Shown here piece by piece: positions 1-13,655 of a stretch of DNA of 64,000 bases. A program made the position numbers and the translations under genes. This stretch comes from Octopus sinensis. Its lineage: Eukaryota. How positions within the stretch are numbered: the stretch's first letter is position 1; the number at the start of each line of letters is the position of its first letter. Where the stretch lies: assembly GCF_006345805.1 (NCBI RefSeq), contig NC_043000.1, forward strand, positions 38,130,001-38,194,000. The letters run 5' to 3'. The notes beneath the pieces were generated by a model, which did no database searches, was not told the origin of the DNA, and worked only from the letters and a program-made list of their open reading frames with translations.

Positions 1-570
1 TGTAGAAATGAAAATAAAAAATATATAAATATCTTATAGTTGCACTTCCATTATTCAAAGAAAGTACTGTGTAGAAGCGGTGGAAATGTTTCCTGTCTGT
101 GGTATGTAAATTCTAATAGAAGTTCATATTTTGTCATCACAAATGGAAAGTGTGTAGACGCAGATTCCAGGTGCTGTTCATTCAAAAGGGGTTTGTGGTG
201 TGAATGAAAATTTGGGAATGTAGTATTAGTAGTAAGTGGATAGAGAGGGGAGAAGATATGTGTATGTTAAAATGGGGAGAGAGGTCAAAAGGAAAAGGTG
301 AGAAAAAAGAAGTAAAGAAAGAGGAAGAGAAAATAAAAACAAGAAGAGAAAATGTAGAAAAAAGAAGAGAAAATTAGGAAAAAGAAAGAGTGAAAAAAAA
401 GTGAAAAAGCGAAAAAAGGTGTGTTAGTTGGTGGTCAAGATATGAAGGATGGGAGAGGAGTAGCGGAGAGGTAGGAAGTATAAGAATTTTAAGTAATAAA
501 TACGTGTTACCTGCCACCTTGGGTCTCCTTGATACTAATACCTCTCATATATATATATATACACACACAC

Positions 571-615
<45 letters not shown>

Positions 616-647
616 CATTATATATATATATACATAGTGAGAGAGAG

Positions 648-1088
648 GGGCGCAGACGTGCCTGTGTGGTAAGAAGCTTGCTTCCCAACCACATGGTTCT
701 GAGTTCAGTCTCATTGCGTGGCACCTTGGGTAGGTGTCTTCTAATATAGCCTCGGGCCAACCAAAAGCTTTTGAGTGGATTTGATAGAGGGAAACTGAAA
801 AGAAGCCCGTTGTGTATGTGTATATATGCGTGTGTATATGTATGTATTTATGTATATATGTATGTATGTGTGCATGTATTTGTGTGTCCGTGTTTGTCTC
901 ACCCACCATCCCTTGACAACCGATGTTGTGTTTACGCCCCCGTAACTTAGCAGATCGGCAAAATAGACCTATAGAATAAGTACTGGACTTACAAGAATTT
1001 GTCCAGGTGTAGATTCATTCGACTAAAGTCGGTGCTCCAACATGGCCAGAGTCAAATGATTGAAATAAGTAAAAGAATAACAGAATAA
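648..1088 (+). mobile_element. tRNA-derived CORE-type SINE (SINE-A), full length
   Basis: A-box-like gtggtaag, B-box-like gagttcagtc, CORE-like gcaccttggg, internal microsatellite, tail ggtgctcca(g)catggcc..gtcaaatgattgaaa..aaaagaataa; >10 related copies in the window. Confidence 0.9.
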
Positions 1089-1414
1089 ACGTACATACAC
1101 ACATACATACTTATATAAAATATAGTTAGGGTGCGTATATTATATATTATACATTTATACACGAAGCACACATGCATATAATATAAAATGTATGTATATA
1201 TATATGTGTGTGTGTATACATGTTCATATGTAAGTATAAATACACACAACACACACATATATATAATATATTATATATATATATATCATCATATATTATA
1301 TATATGCGTATTTATATATGTACATACGTTCATACACATACATATACACACACGCGCAGTTATATACACCCGTATATACATATATACATACAATACATAT
1401 ATTAATATATATAT

Positions 1415-1494
<80 letters not shown>

Positions 1495-2056
1495 TTATAG
1501 ATATAGTTATGTATATATACTATTTTATAAAATGCATAAATATTGTGTTTGTTCTCTTTTCTATTTCCTTGGTTTTGCGTGAAAAGGTTTTCCGGTGTCA
1601 CTATCATCCGTTTCCTATTTTCTGACATTGAGAATTAATGAAGATGTTAGGTCAGGGGTCAGGTGAAGCTAACAGATTAATATTACTTCTTATCTTTACT
1701 AAACAACTAGAAACATCTATCGATACAGTCGTATCGTTCAGCAAACCAAATCTCCAATAGATACGTTATCTTTTTGACTTGCTTTCTGTTTTCACCCTGC
1801 TTTGCATTTAATAAAAGAAAAAAAAAAGAACAAGCTAGTATTGATAGTAAGATATAACGTCGACAGCAACAACTGCCCAAGATATTCACACGCACATGTG
1901 TATACGTACATGCATAAATATATATATATATATGCATACACGTATCTATGTATAAAAGTATTTGTCTCACAACACTTATATGTAAGTTGTTTATAAATAT
2001 AGACATGTGTGTGTGTGTGTGTGTGTAGTTATAGACATAGTTATCCAGATCTATAA

Positions 2057-3240
2057 GCACCGAACTCGGATTGTCATACATCTTGATTTCAGCATAGCGT
2101 TCGACAAAATCGGTCACAATGTCCTTCCGTCAAAATTGTCAAATATTGTATTGTGTGCGAAACTGCTACACTGGATTAAATATTTCCGGATGAACTGGAC
2201 ACATGTGGTCGGTGGAATCCAATGAAGCCCAGCAAATGTGTCCAGTGGTGTCCCTCAGGGTACTGTTTTGGAACCGCTTCTCTTTATAGTCTATATAAAA
2301 GACATCTCAAGCGACATCAAACACAGGAACGTAACAATATTCGCAGATGACTCCAAACTGCAGAAAACTATTAACGGAGAAGACTGATCTGAACTCCAGT
2401 CTGATCTGTATGCTGCAAGCCAATGGGCAGGCAAAAGCAAAACCCAGTTAAATGAGGGGTTAACTCATGCACATTGGAAGAAAGATTGCGCTGAAACAAC
2501 CATATTCTCTTCTTTCCGAGTAACTATCAGGTACTTAAGATTGACAGAGATCTCACATCAGAAATCAATTCTATATGCCTCGCTGGATAAGCTCCTGAAT
2601 CCTCAAAACTTTCAAGTCCGAAGAGCAGGATGTCATCATTGAACCGCTTCTCCTCCTTGTACAGCCACACTTAGAATACAACTTCCCCACTGTGGTCTCC
2701 CCACTCAAAGCAAAGTATTAGAAAAACTGAGTCACCCCAGAGAGCCTTCACTAAATGAATTAAAGACATGACTGCTTTTGATTATTGGGATCGCTTTAAA
2801 ACATTGAATTTTTATTCTCTTAAGCGCTGCTGTGATCACTACATAGTCTACACAATGTGGAGAATATATATCACCAACATTGTCCAAACGACCTTAATAT
2901 TAGTCCGAGAATTCCTCAAAGGTTGGGCTCAAGTGCCATTCGTGCTCCTACACAATTCAGTCTCACAACACGGAAATTCACTGCAACACAATTTCTTTTC
3001 CTCTGCAAGCCCTGCTCGGTTTAATGCTGTCTACAAAGAAAGCAACGAAGAAAAAATTTCATCACCTTCATACGAAACAAACTTCTTCAAGGGATACCAG
3101 GTAAGCCACCTCAACCAGGATACAACTCACTCAACAACCCCGCCACCCACCCTACATGAATGGGTCAAGATACCACAACAAGACTTGTCTTATCAGGTGG
3201 TGCTGTTAAGTTAGGCATGGACACAAAAGTAAATTAACTT
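2057..3240 (+). pseudogene. CR1-like LINE reverse transcriptase and 3' end, degenerate
   Basis: HLDFSIAFDKIGH, SGVPQGTVLEPLLFIVYI, FADD (2340-2351), YWDRFKTLNFYSLKR; several stops and frameshifts. Confidence 0.9.
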
Positions 3241-4084
3241 AAAAGTCGTGCAGAATGAATTGTGCAGCGAATAAAAGAAAAAATGGACTCCGAGAGAAAC
3301 ACGAAGACACACACATAAAAAAAACAAGAAAAAGAACGATACCTGGTTAAAGTATATGCTTAGCTTTTCATGACATGATGTAGAATGTGTGAGGGTGCAT
3401 TAACCCCCATCCTTAACACACACACACAGAGTCCTCATCTAGGAAGCAAGTTTCTCCTCTCCACACATATGTTGTAGACAAGGGAAAAGATAAGAGCCGG
3501 TATGGATTGGACCACTGTTACAACACACATGCATATCCAACTTCTCATATCTTATTAGAACACTAAATACTGCGGTGTTCAACGTGAGAGGGCATCGCAA
3601 GATCAAAACCCCAGAAGTCAACGCTCTAAGAAGACATATCCGTTAAGTTGGATATAAAGATTCCAATTTGGTACTAATACCGATTCCGCTGCAAATGATT
3701 GCACACACACACACACATTTGTGCGCGTGTGAGTACATGTACATGTATGTACGCCAACAAACGGAAACGAACAACACATAAGATACGGAAAAATAGACGA
3801 AAACCGGACGAAAACAAGATACACGGATCATTCGCAGCCGATTTTCCCATTAGTCGTAGTCCGGAGAAGTCCTTTTGTTTCGTACCCCTTATCTCCTAGA
3901 CTACTATAATTCGGCAGGTTCCAGGGCCTTAAGGTAAAAGCATCAAGCCTCTGGGAACGGCAAACGAATGTATACAAGAACGAAAATAGGTACAGAAACT
4001 AAAAGGAGAAAGCTAGAATTGTACACATACAACAGAACGCCCTTCGGCTATACAATAAAAGGAATTATATAGATATATATATAT

Positions 4085-4127
<43 letters not shown>

Positions 4128-4179
4128 TACAAAACCCAATCAAAATGTTTTCAATTTAATATATTAATAAAAATAATAA

Positions 4180-4765
4180 TCTCAAATTTCGGCACTTGGC
4201 TAGCGATTTTGGTGAAGCGGTAAGGCAGTCATGCCTAGAATAGGCATGAAGTCCTGAAATTTTTCACTCATTCTCTCTACTCAGAAAGGAAGAAAGGCGA
4301 AGTCGACCTCGACGGAATTTTAAACTCAGAGCGTAAAGACGGACGAAATACCCACAAGCATTTTTCACTGCAGGCTAATGATTCTGCCAGCTCGGTGCCT
4401 TCATAATAATACTTACTACTAAAGGCCCAAGGTCTGAAATTTGGGGAAGGTACTTACTTTATCAACACCGAAAAGAAGAAAGGCAAAGCCATCCTCGGCG
4501 GAATTTGATCTCACAATATAGTGACAGATGAAATACCGCTAAGCATTTCGCTCTGCGTGCTAACAATAATAATCCTTTCTACTATAGGCACGAGGCCTGA
4601 AATTTTGGGGAGTGGGCCATTCGATTATATTGACCCCAGTGTTTCACTGGTACTTAATTTATCGACCCCTAAAAGATGAAAGGCAAAGTCGACCTCGATG
4701 GAATTTGAACTCAGATCAGAACGACGGGCAAAATACCGCTAAGCATTTTGTCGGTAGTGTGATGG
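4180..4765 (-). mobile_element. Cluster of about 3 tRNA-derived SINE-B copies
   Basis: Repeated aaaggcaaagtcgacctcggcggaatttgaactcaga and ggtacttaatttatcgaccc blocks. Confidence 0.85.
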
Positions 4766-5192
4766 ATGCAGAATGAACTGTCTTTTGTTGGTGACTTGTG
4801 TTAGGATCGAAACTCGGATTGTGTGGAATCAAGACAGACGCAACAGGGCAACAAGACTGATGATCTAACGCGTTTACCAATTCGACCACACACACACACA
4901 GGCATATACACACGCGGCCTCTGCACGCACACATGCTAACACACACACACACACTCACACATAAAGGGAAAGAGATGTATAAACAGACACGTAGAGAGAT
5001 ATACAAAAGAGCTTGACATACACGCACGCACTCGAGCATGTGCTGCGCGCGCGCGCGTACGTGTGCTTGTTAAAGTTTTAGAAAGAAAATGTCAGGTGTC
5101 AGTTTGTTTACTTTCGTCATCCTCTCTCATTAAGTAGTCAAGCAGATTAATCGCAAATTGTTTTTATGCATAACTGGACATAAATCTAGCCA

Positions 5193-5430
5193 GTGCGTGA
5201 CACCTTGGGCAAGTTTCGGCTGTTACAGCCAAACGCCGACCAAAGGCTTCTGAGTAGAAGTAGGAGATTGAAATTGAAAGAAGCCATCATAAATATGTGC
5301 GTGTGTGTGTGTTTGCTTGTGCCTGTGTCGGTCCACCACAACGACTTGACAACCGTAGTTGGTTTATTTACCTCCCCGTAACATAATGGTTCGGCGAAAC
5401 AGAACGATAGAATAAATACGTGGTTTAAAA
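5193..5430 (+). mobile_element. SINE-A fragment
   Basis: gacaccttgggcaagt...gaaattgaaagaagcc...gacaaccg...gatagaataa. Confidence 0.8.
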
Positions 5431-5539
5431 ATAAGTATATATATATATATTAATAATAAAAACATATGCATATATATAAACATATATGTACGTACCTACC
5501 TCTACATCTACATATACACGCATATATGAGTACAAGACA

Positions 5540-5990
5540 CCAAAAAGACGTCGAACACAATGAGAAACGAAAACATAGACACAAACCAAAGGAACTGGAC
5601 ATTTTTTAAACAACAAGAAAATAAAGTACAGGACAATTAACACAAAGAAAAAGCCCCTTCTTCAGTTGCTATGGTTTCATCTACTCTACGTTTCGAAGGT
5701 GAAAGCGAGACGTATCTTCGACAAGAAACTTTCCTTCCTGCGAAAAGCAAATCAATTAAAATTCTGAGATCTTTTCGCAGAGGGGTAAAAAATGGTAACA
5801 AAAACAGGACAGTAACGACAGTACAAATTATAAACAGTAAAAGACAGGACAAGGAAAAACAAGATAAGAAGGGCTGTTAACGCCGAACGAAAACAAGTAT
5901 TGCGAATGCGGATTTTTTTGTGAACGACGAGCGGAGCAAAAAGAATTGTCGTCCATACCTCGAGAGGGTAAAGGCTAGAAAGACAGTAAC
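5540..5990 (-). mobile_element. Penelope-like pLTR remnant with hammerhead-like motif (5688-5724)
   Basis: Minus strand reads tgtcgaag...cttcgaaacgta, the same motif family as 6346, 6931, 30853 and 41207. Confidence 0.5.
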
Positions 5991-6299
5991 GGAAGTCTCG
6001 TCGCGGGTCAACGATGGGAGGAGGAGGAGAGGCAAGAGAAAGGGAGAGAAGAAGGGGAATGGTTGTGAGGAAACCATGAAGAATGAAGAGGGGGAGAGAG
6101 AGAGTGAAGAATGAGAGAGAGGAAGAGACAAGTTAAGTAGAGGAAAAGGAAATCAAAGAATGAAGGCTGAGAAGGGATGTGACAGAAAGGTTAAGAGTGC
6201 GCATCAAAGTTAATATCAAGAACAAAACTTAATATAAAGAACAATCTTACTTAAAAATATATATACATGCCTGTCCGGCATTCGCCTTGAGTGATCGCT

Positions 6300-6470
6300 A
6301 GCCACTATACCTTTTTAATTTTCTCTCCCTGTTTATTTCTGTGTTCCTTCTGCTGAAAAGTGTAGGCTTGAAACGTAAAAGACTTTCTCACTACCCGAGC
6401 GATAAACTAATAGATCTGTTTGTTGTTTACACACCCGTCTTCGTCTTTTTTTTTTGTAATTCCAACTATA
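6300..6470 (+). mobile_element. Penelope-like pLTR repeat with hammerhead-like motif (6346-6381)
   Basis: ctgctga-a-aagt gtag gctt-gaaac-gta-aaag; homologous to 6900-7050 and 41190-41310. Confidence 0.6.
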
Positions 6471-6899
6471 TATATAAAGAGGATAAGACCATTATTTAAA
6501 ATAACGATGATATCAAGGGGCCAGCCCGGAAAAAAAGTATTTTATTACAAAGCTAGAAACCGTCGATCTGGGAATAACTATTAATCTTTTGCTAATTTCT
6601 TTCTTCGTATATCTTTTCACCTGTCTTATATGAATACATGATGTGGTTTTAGAATCAGTTTTGACTTCGATATGTAGCATGGTGGTAACTCTCCAATACA
6701 CTTAATTATAATTATATTTATATTATTATACAATATATATGTATATAAAGAAGAAAAAGGATTTGAGTATAAAACATCTATTTAGCGCTTTTCGCTCTTC
6801 GAGGGATTCGAATTTCTCAAAGAGATGGAAGCGCTACATAAATGGTTTTTATCCGCCCCCTCTCTCTCTTCATATTTGACCGCTAGCTCCAAAAGTTTT

Positions 6900-7055
6900 T
6901 TATTCTCTCTCTGTTTATTTCCTCGTGTTCCTGTCCATTGAAGAGCGTAGGCTCGAAACGTAAAAGACTTTCTCACCTTCCCCAGCGTTAAACTAATATA
7001 GCTGTTTATTTTTTATATACCTGTCTTCATTTTTTGTTATTCTGTAAATTTCAAG
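6900..7055 (+). mobile_element. Penelope-like pLTR repeat with hammerhead-like motif (6931-6966)
   Basis: gaagagcgtaggctcgaaacgtaaaagactttctcac. Confidence 0.6.
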
Positions 7056-7309
7056 TATATATATATATATATATGTATATATCTTTGTTTTTACATTCAG
7101 CTATGATAAAAACAATTCTGTATTAATATGAATACTTTGTTGAGTGCAAATTTATTTTTCTTCTACGGGAATGTTCTAGAATAGCGACTTTGAAGTTTCA
7201 GCCCGTTAAACCATAGTCACTTCGCTGAGGGTTTAACTGGCCTAAAGTTCGAGCTCGCAGTCAATATTACCCGTGTTCAAGGACAGAATATACATACAGA
7301 CAGAAAGAC

Positions 7310-7364
<55 letters not shown>

Positions 7365-7877
7365 ATGAGTAAAAAGATAGGCGATGAAAATTGAGGTGAA
7401 CGAATGAAGAGATAAATGTGGGGTGAGGAATGGAAGGTGTTTATGTGCGGGAGAAGTAGGGTGGGGATTAGGCATGGAGGATTGGAGACATGTTTTACAA
7501 TGTAACACATTTTTAGGGAAGTTGGTCTTGGTGGTGGGGATAGTAGTAGTAGTAGTAGTAGTAATTGAAGTGGTTAATGCGCTAGAGTAAGCGAAAGTTA
7601 AACTCGAAAGGAAAGTGTTTCTTGTTTGAATATACGCGTTGGTATAAACGGTTCAAAGGCGAAGTAATAGAGGAAGAGAGAGAGAGGATGAAATAGAGAG
7701 AGGGGGAAAAGAGAGAGAGAAAGTAATTGACTGACAGACAGTTATGAATGGAAAGAGAAAGTCAGTTAATAAGAAATACAGAGGGAGAGGGTTGCAAAGA
7801 ATGAGAAGAAGAGAAAAAGTGGGCAGGAGTGACGAGAGGGAGTGGGTTTCAGATGAAGAGAGGAGAGGAGGGGAGTT

Positions 7878-8345
7878 AGATGAAGATTGAAGGGGAGTTG
7901 AACCCATGTGGAGGAAATGAGCGAAGAGAGATTAAATGTTGTTCACGGCGAAGGCGGAAGTCCGGACGGCTCCTGTGCAATCTGGACACAGACAAGTGTT
8001 GTAATGAATGACTGGAAGAGTGGAAATGGTGCAAGACCGGGATGTCATTGCAGATTCTAATGTCTCGGAGATGCTCCGCGAACCAGTCAGCCCAAGCGAC
8101 GTCCCGTTTGACCGATGTACAGAGAAGGGCAGAAAGAGCAGGAAATGCAATAAATGACGTTGCTAGAAGTGCAAGTAAAGGAATCAGTGATGTGATAGGG
8201 ACGATGAGGGGTGCCTGTGAGGATGGTGGTGTTGGAGAGGTAGAGGCAAGTGTGACAGCAAGGGCGGGAGCAGGGGAACGAGCTAGGTTTGGAAGTGAGG
8301 TTAGGGAAGAAGCTGTGGAACAAGGTGGTCATGTAGGTTGTGAGC
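7878..8345 (-). pseudogene. Penelope-like element GIY-YIG endonuclease fragment
   Basis: FPCSRPCCHTC...FTCTSSNVIYCISCSFCPSLYIGQTGRRL, then after a frameshift ADWFAEHLRDIR...REQHLI. Confidence 0.92.
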
Positions 8346-8379
8346 TCGTTTGAAGAAGAGAAGGGGTAGGTTTGGGAAG

Positions 8380-8417
<38 letters not shown>

Positions 8418-8564
8418 GTTTATGTGAGTGTGTCTGTGTCTGTCCCCACTCGATCTCTTCGATTAAAAGGTGGTGCTCCAGGCTGACGGCAATCAAATGA
8501 CTGAAACCCATAAAAGAATAAAAGAATGTGTGTGCGTATATTTCCAAGCATGTGCGCGCCCGCG

Positions 8565-8740
8565 TGGTTATCTGTGTTGCCTTCATGATCGTAAGATGAT
8601 TTTAATTCTTGGGCCGGACGATTGGTTGTGTCCTTTAGCAAGGTACTTAATGTCACGTCGTTCCAGCCCGCTCAGCTGACAGAAATGACTAATTCTGGGC
8701 CGGACTGGCATCTTGTCCAGAACTGGTGGAGTTGAGTGGG
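8565..8740 (+). mobile_element. Degenerate SINE-C copy
   Basis: ttgtgtcctttagcaaggtactt..cgtcgttccagcccgctcagctg, resembles 24219-24530. Confidence 0.55.
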
Positions 8741-8777
8741 GTTAGTATATACACCATAGAATCTAGCCTTGAAGAAC

Positions 8778-9060
8778 CTTTTCTTTCAGTCATTTGACTG
8801 CGGCCATGCTGGAACGCCGCCTTTACTCGAGCAAATCGACTCCGGGACGTATTCTTTGCAAGCCTAGTACTTATTCTATTGGTCTCTTTTGCCGAACTGC
8901 TAGGTTATGAGGACGTAAACACACCAACATCGGTTGTCAAGCGAGGTTGGGGGACTAAGACAGACACACAAACACATCCACAGACACACACATACATACA
9001 TACACACACACACACACATACACACACACATACACACACTATATATATATATATATATAC
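8778..9060 (-). mobile_element. SINE-A 3' half
   Basis: tttcagtcatttgactgcggccatgctgga...acatcggttgtcaagcg. Confidence 0.85.
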
Positions 9061-9557
9061 ACGACAGTGTGTGTGCAAATATGTTTCAGTACCGTCATGT
9101 ATATACTTTTGTAGATATGTACAAGTGTGCGTGCATCTATGAGCCTCTATTATTGCTTTATGTGTAGTTGTGGGAAAAAAAGATGGCGTAGAAAATATAG
9201 TGAAAGATATAGGAGCGATACGGTAATGGGTGGAGGGTAGAGAAGGAGAGAATAATATATAGAGAGAAAAAGAAACAGACAGGGATTAGAAGTGAAAGAG
9301 TAAGTCTAGGAAAGAAAGAAAGCACAAAAGAATGAGAGAGAGGGGGAAGAGAGAAAGTGAGGGGAAAAGGAAAAGACAAATAATGAGGAGGAGAGACAGT
9401 GGTAGGGTGTGAGTATTCATATAATTGTTTCTATGTCTGTGGTGTGTGTGTATATATATATATATATGCACGCGTGCGTGTACGTAAATGTGTGTGTGTA
9501 TGTGTGAGTGTGAGTATACATATATATATATATATATAATATATATATATATATATC

Positions 9558-9589
<32 letters not shown>

Positions 9590-9675
9590 CTGTTTCTGAG
9601 TGAGTTGTGTGTGTGATGTATGTATCCATATTTATGTGTGTATATACATGCATGACTCTGTTTGTTTGTATGCTT

Positions 9676-9965
9676 GTGGATGTGGATGTTTGTGAGTCTG
9701 CGTGTCATTGTCAGTATGCATACGTATGTTTCTGTGGATGCGAACGCGTGTGTATGTGAATATGTTTGTGTGTGTGTGTGTGTGTATTTGCGTTGTATGC
9801 GTTTGAAAATGTGTATGTGTTTATGTGTCGATGCTGATTCGGTAAACTTTTGACCAAGTTCGAGTCCAATAGAAAGCGCCAGAGGAGACAGAGCAAGTGG
9901 CTATCGGCTTTCCCCATCACGGTGGAATGCTTGATCTTAGGTGGTCGGGTCCAGTCGAACCACAT
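9676..9965 (-). repeat. About 290-bp segment duplicated in inverted orientation at 13656-13951
   Basis: ORF track gives near-identical peptides (MWFDWTRPPKIKHS...) on opposite strands. Confidence 0.9.
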
Positions 9966-10270
9966 TTATAACACAACCAGAAACATCTCAGTTGACGTTT
10001 TTTCAATTAGTTAACTGTCAGTTGTGAATATGATTCCGAGAGGCCGAGTGCTTTCTCCAACCACTTCGCACACTTAACACTTAAACGCCTCCGTCGTCGT
10101 CGACGACATCATCATCATCATCATCACATCATCACATCATCATCACCATCATCATCATCACCATTGTAACTTCTATTGAACGATGCAAATACAGCTTCAT
10201 TTTCAGTCGTATTATCACACTAGGCATGCATAATGCATACATACATATTTATATACACACACACGACTAT

Positions 10271-10323
<53 letters not shown>

Positions 10324-11183
10324 GCATACGTACATATGTATATATATATATGTATGTATATACACATAGATACATACAATATATATGTATGTAGGTGTGA
10401 TATATAATATATATGTATGTGATATATATGTATTACACATAGATACATGCATATATATATATATATATATGTATGTATATGTGTGCACGTATATGTATAT
10501 ATTTGTGCTTATGTATATATATACACACATAAATATACGTATGTATGTGTGCGTGTATTTACGTACATATATTGACACACACACACTTGTACATCAGTGA
10601 TTTAATTATACGAGGGAGAACAGAATCATTATAGATGCTGTGAGTATTAGTCTATCATATAAAATGAATACATACATACAGATGCACGCGCACACACGCG
10701 CACGCTCAACCCCCTCCCACACACACACTTGGTCATTGCAGTGTGAGAAGTCAAAAATAAGGGGACGCTCATGTATGCGAAATTTAGAGACATAAAGTGT
10801 TCTTTTACAAGATATATTAAGAACTAACTGTATGAAGATTACCGACTGTTTCAAACCATGGAAACATGGCTTTCCATAGGGATTGCTGTAGTGCAAGGTA
10901 CTGGATCACAAAATTATATATATATATATATATTATGTGAAATAGAAAGATGAATATCTTGTAGCAGATTAATCAAAAGTTTAACCGATACCTTGGTAGC
11001 AAAAATCACAGCAGAAGACAGCACGGTTGGAGGTACAACATATGGTTTGCAACCGTGCGTTGGTGCGGAAATTGAAATTGAAATATTATTGGTGAATTGA
11101 AGAAATGGAGCTGAAACGAAGATTGAACAGAAATCGTTTTATTTCATTGAATGAAATAAAAAGATTTCTTTTTTTTGTTTCTA

Positions 11184-11230
<47 letters not shown>

Positions 11231-11319
11231 GTAAAATATATAGGGTAGCGAATATTTTTAGAAATGTCACTACCAGTGGCCTAGCAAGTATAAAAAGTCA
11301 ATAGATAACATATTCTCAA

Positions 11320-11579
11320 TATAAAATTAGTGCACATTTAAACTCAAGAGAAACTACCTTTAACAGTTAATTTTACACGCTAGAAGAAGCAGTCAATCGA
11401 CCCAAAAATTTGCTAAAAATATTCGAAACCTAGGTATAACCGTAAAAAAATAACATGGTAAATGTTTTTATTTTTCATTCCCTTCGAAATCGGTTTTGGC
11501 GTTTTGACTGCTTCTTCTAGCGTGTAAAATTACCTGTTAAAGTTAGTTTCTTTTGAGCTTAAATGTACACTATTTTATA
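11320..11579. mobile_element. MITE with about 76-bp terminal inverted repeats in TA context
   Basis: 11320-11396 is the imperfect reverse complement of 11504-11579. Confidence 0.8.
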
Positions 11580-11625
11580 TATATATATTTCAACGTGTTG
11601 AACCGTTAATCCCTACTCATTTTTT

Positions 11626-11670
<45 letters not shown>

Positions 11671-12439
11671 GCGTGTTGAAAACAAAGACGTTACGTATGA
11701 CATATTAAACAGTTGTAAGGTAAAAAAAATGAACAATATTTTGTGTATATTTTAATCATTATTATGTATTAATTAACTATCAATGAATTCTATAACTAAA
11801 GTTCATCAAGATATAAGATTAAACTTTGGCCAATTATACTATAATCAAATCAGAAATTAATATAAGTTCTTCCAAATTTCATTTCATTTACCGTATATTC
11901 ATAAATAATTGCTACATTGAAACAAGTGTTGATATTGGCAGACATGCAACTCTTAATTGCTTTCAGAAAAATAAAATGACTTCAACAAATATTTTCCCTA
12001 AAGCATCCGAGACATTGAATTTGGTGCCAACAATGGAACCGATATGCAGTCAATCAACCTGATAGAAATGCTAGCCAGAATCTTCCGCATACCGTAACCC
12101 ATCCCCTTAAAAACGGAGGGTTACACTAGATAATGAGTTTGGATATATAATGTGGAAACAACTGATGGAATTTGTGAAATGCTTTTGATCACAGGTGCCC
12201 TTAATCAGGAATAACTTAAGGCCAAAGAACAACAATAATGATAGTATTAACAACAGCAACAATAGCAACGAAAGCAGCAGCATCAGCAGCAACAACAACA
12301 AGAGCAGCAGCAGAAGCAATGGTTTTGTGTAAAATCATATGATTACTGTTGTTGCTCTTTAACCCTAGGGCTACCTTTATCAAGCAATCCTATAATCAAA
12401 ATTTTTAGGTTCATATTTCAGTGTATTACATTACTGTGA

Positions 12440-12972
12440 GACCATAACCCGTGGCCTCTACACGAGATGTAGCCAGTCCACTTATGCATACCTTTCCTTC
12501 TTGGGACACAAAACTCTACTTGTGAAGACCTGTTGAGGCAAGTGAGAATCGAAATCGATCAACATCAATGGAAATTGCAGCTGTGATACTAGTGTCGGTG
12601 GCACGTAAGAGAACCATCCGAACATGGCCGTTGCCAGCGCCGCCCCGACTGGCCTCGTGCCGGTGGCACGTAAAAAGTACCATCCGTTCGTGGCCGTTGT
12701 CAGCCTCGCCTGGCCCCCGTGCCGGTGGCACGTAAAAAGCACCATCCGATCGTGGCCGTTTGCCAGACTCGTCTGGCACCTGTGCCGGTGGCACGTAAAA
12801 AGCACCCACTACACTCACGGAGTAGTTGGCGTTAGGAAGGGCATCCAGCTGTAGAAACATTGCCAGATCAGACTGGGCCTGGTGCAGCCTTCTGGCTTCC
12901 CAGACCCCAGTTGAACCGTCCAACCCATGCTAGCATGGAAAGCGGACGCTAAACGATGATGATGATGATGAT
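12440..12972 (+). mobile_element. Non-autonomous retroelement with (GAT)n RTE-like tail and internal 62-65 bp tandem repeats
   Basis: gtgccggtggcacgtaaaaagcacc units at 12592, 12657, 12719, 12782; ttggcgttaggaagggcatccagc; tail ccaacccatgctagcatggaaagcggacgctaaacgatgatgat. Confidence 0.7.
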
Positions 12973-13655
12973 ACAGTAACATATTTTTCTATAATCAATT
13001 GTATTCACAAATTTAATTGCACCGTATCCTTTAAGAATATTTTTGCCGGAATTACAAATATAACTTTATTCTCTCAGGTACTTATATTCTGCTTTGTTAG
13101 AACTAACCCTCTCATATTCACTTTTGTGATTAATTTCGCAGATTGTGATTTGTTTCTAATTGCACAATTTACGTCTGTATTTTATGCGCTGAGTCAAAAA
13201 AATTACTTTAGCTGAAAATTTTTCCCTACATCACTGTATGTGGTTTAATTAAGAATATTCATATATGGTCGTAAAAATGTTGAATTCTTCGTCTTCTAAT
13301 GCCATATACCTTTGTAAGATATGAGCAAATTATTCAAGCATTTTCTAGAAGCGAACAGCGTAGAACCATGATAGAAGCCATTGAAGTAGAGACCTTCATC
13401 GTAACGCCATTTTGGAAGATTTGAGGGTGCTTTTGAGGGAGCCAAACCTATCGCAAGTATTCCGTTCAGATATTCGATTCAAGAACATTTTCCTTCTCCC
13501 ATCATCCACCAGGTTTGAAGACCCAGAAGATAGTCATTGCCTCTATCCCGCCAACCCTGACAATAAACAAATAATAAATATGGAAATAAAAGATGCCACA
13601 GGTGAAAAAAGTAGGCTGGTTGAATGCTCTGATCGAAATTCGATCTCAAAAAGCC

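Noticed and set aside
648-730. tRNA genes
   Set aside because: All A/B-box sequences seen are SINE heads without a complete cloverleaf.
3560-3680. AVFNVRG motif resembling the start of a LINE APE endonuclease
   Set aside because: The frame stops within about 20 codons and no further motifs are seen.
8042-8353. 103-aa plus-strand ORF
   Set aside because: Antisense shadow of the Penelope GIY-YIG fragment.
12455-12550. Possible HDV-like ribozyme at the 5' end of the RTE-tailed element
   Set aside because: I could not build a full nested double pseudoknot by hand (no P1.1 pairing); it needs an RNArobo/Infernal search.
12592-12810. CRISPR-like repeat-spacer appearance
   Set aside because: Eukaryotic context, no cas genes, the spacers are homologous to each other, and it lies inside a retroelement.
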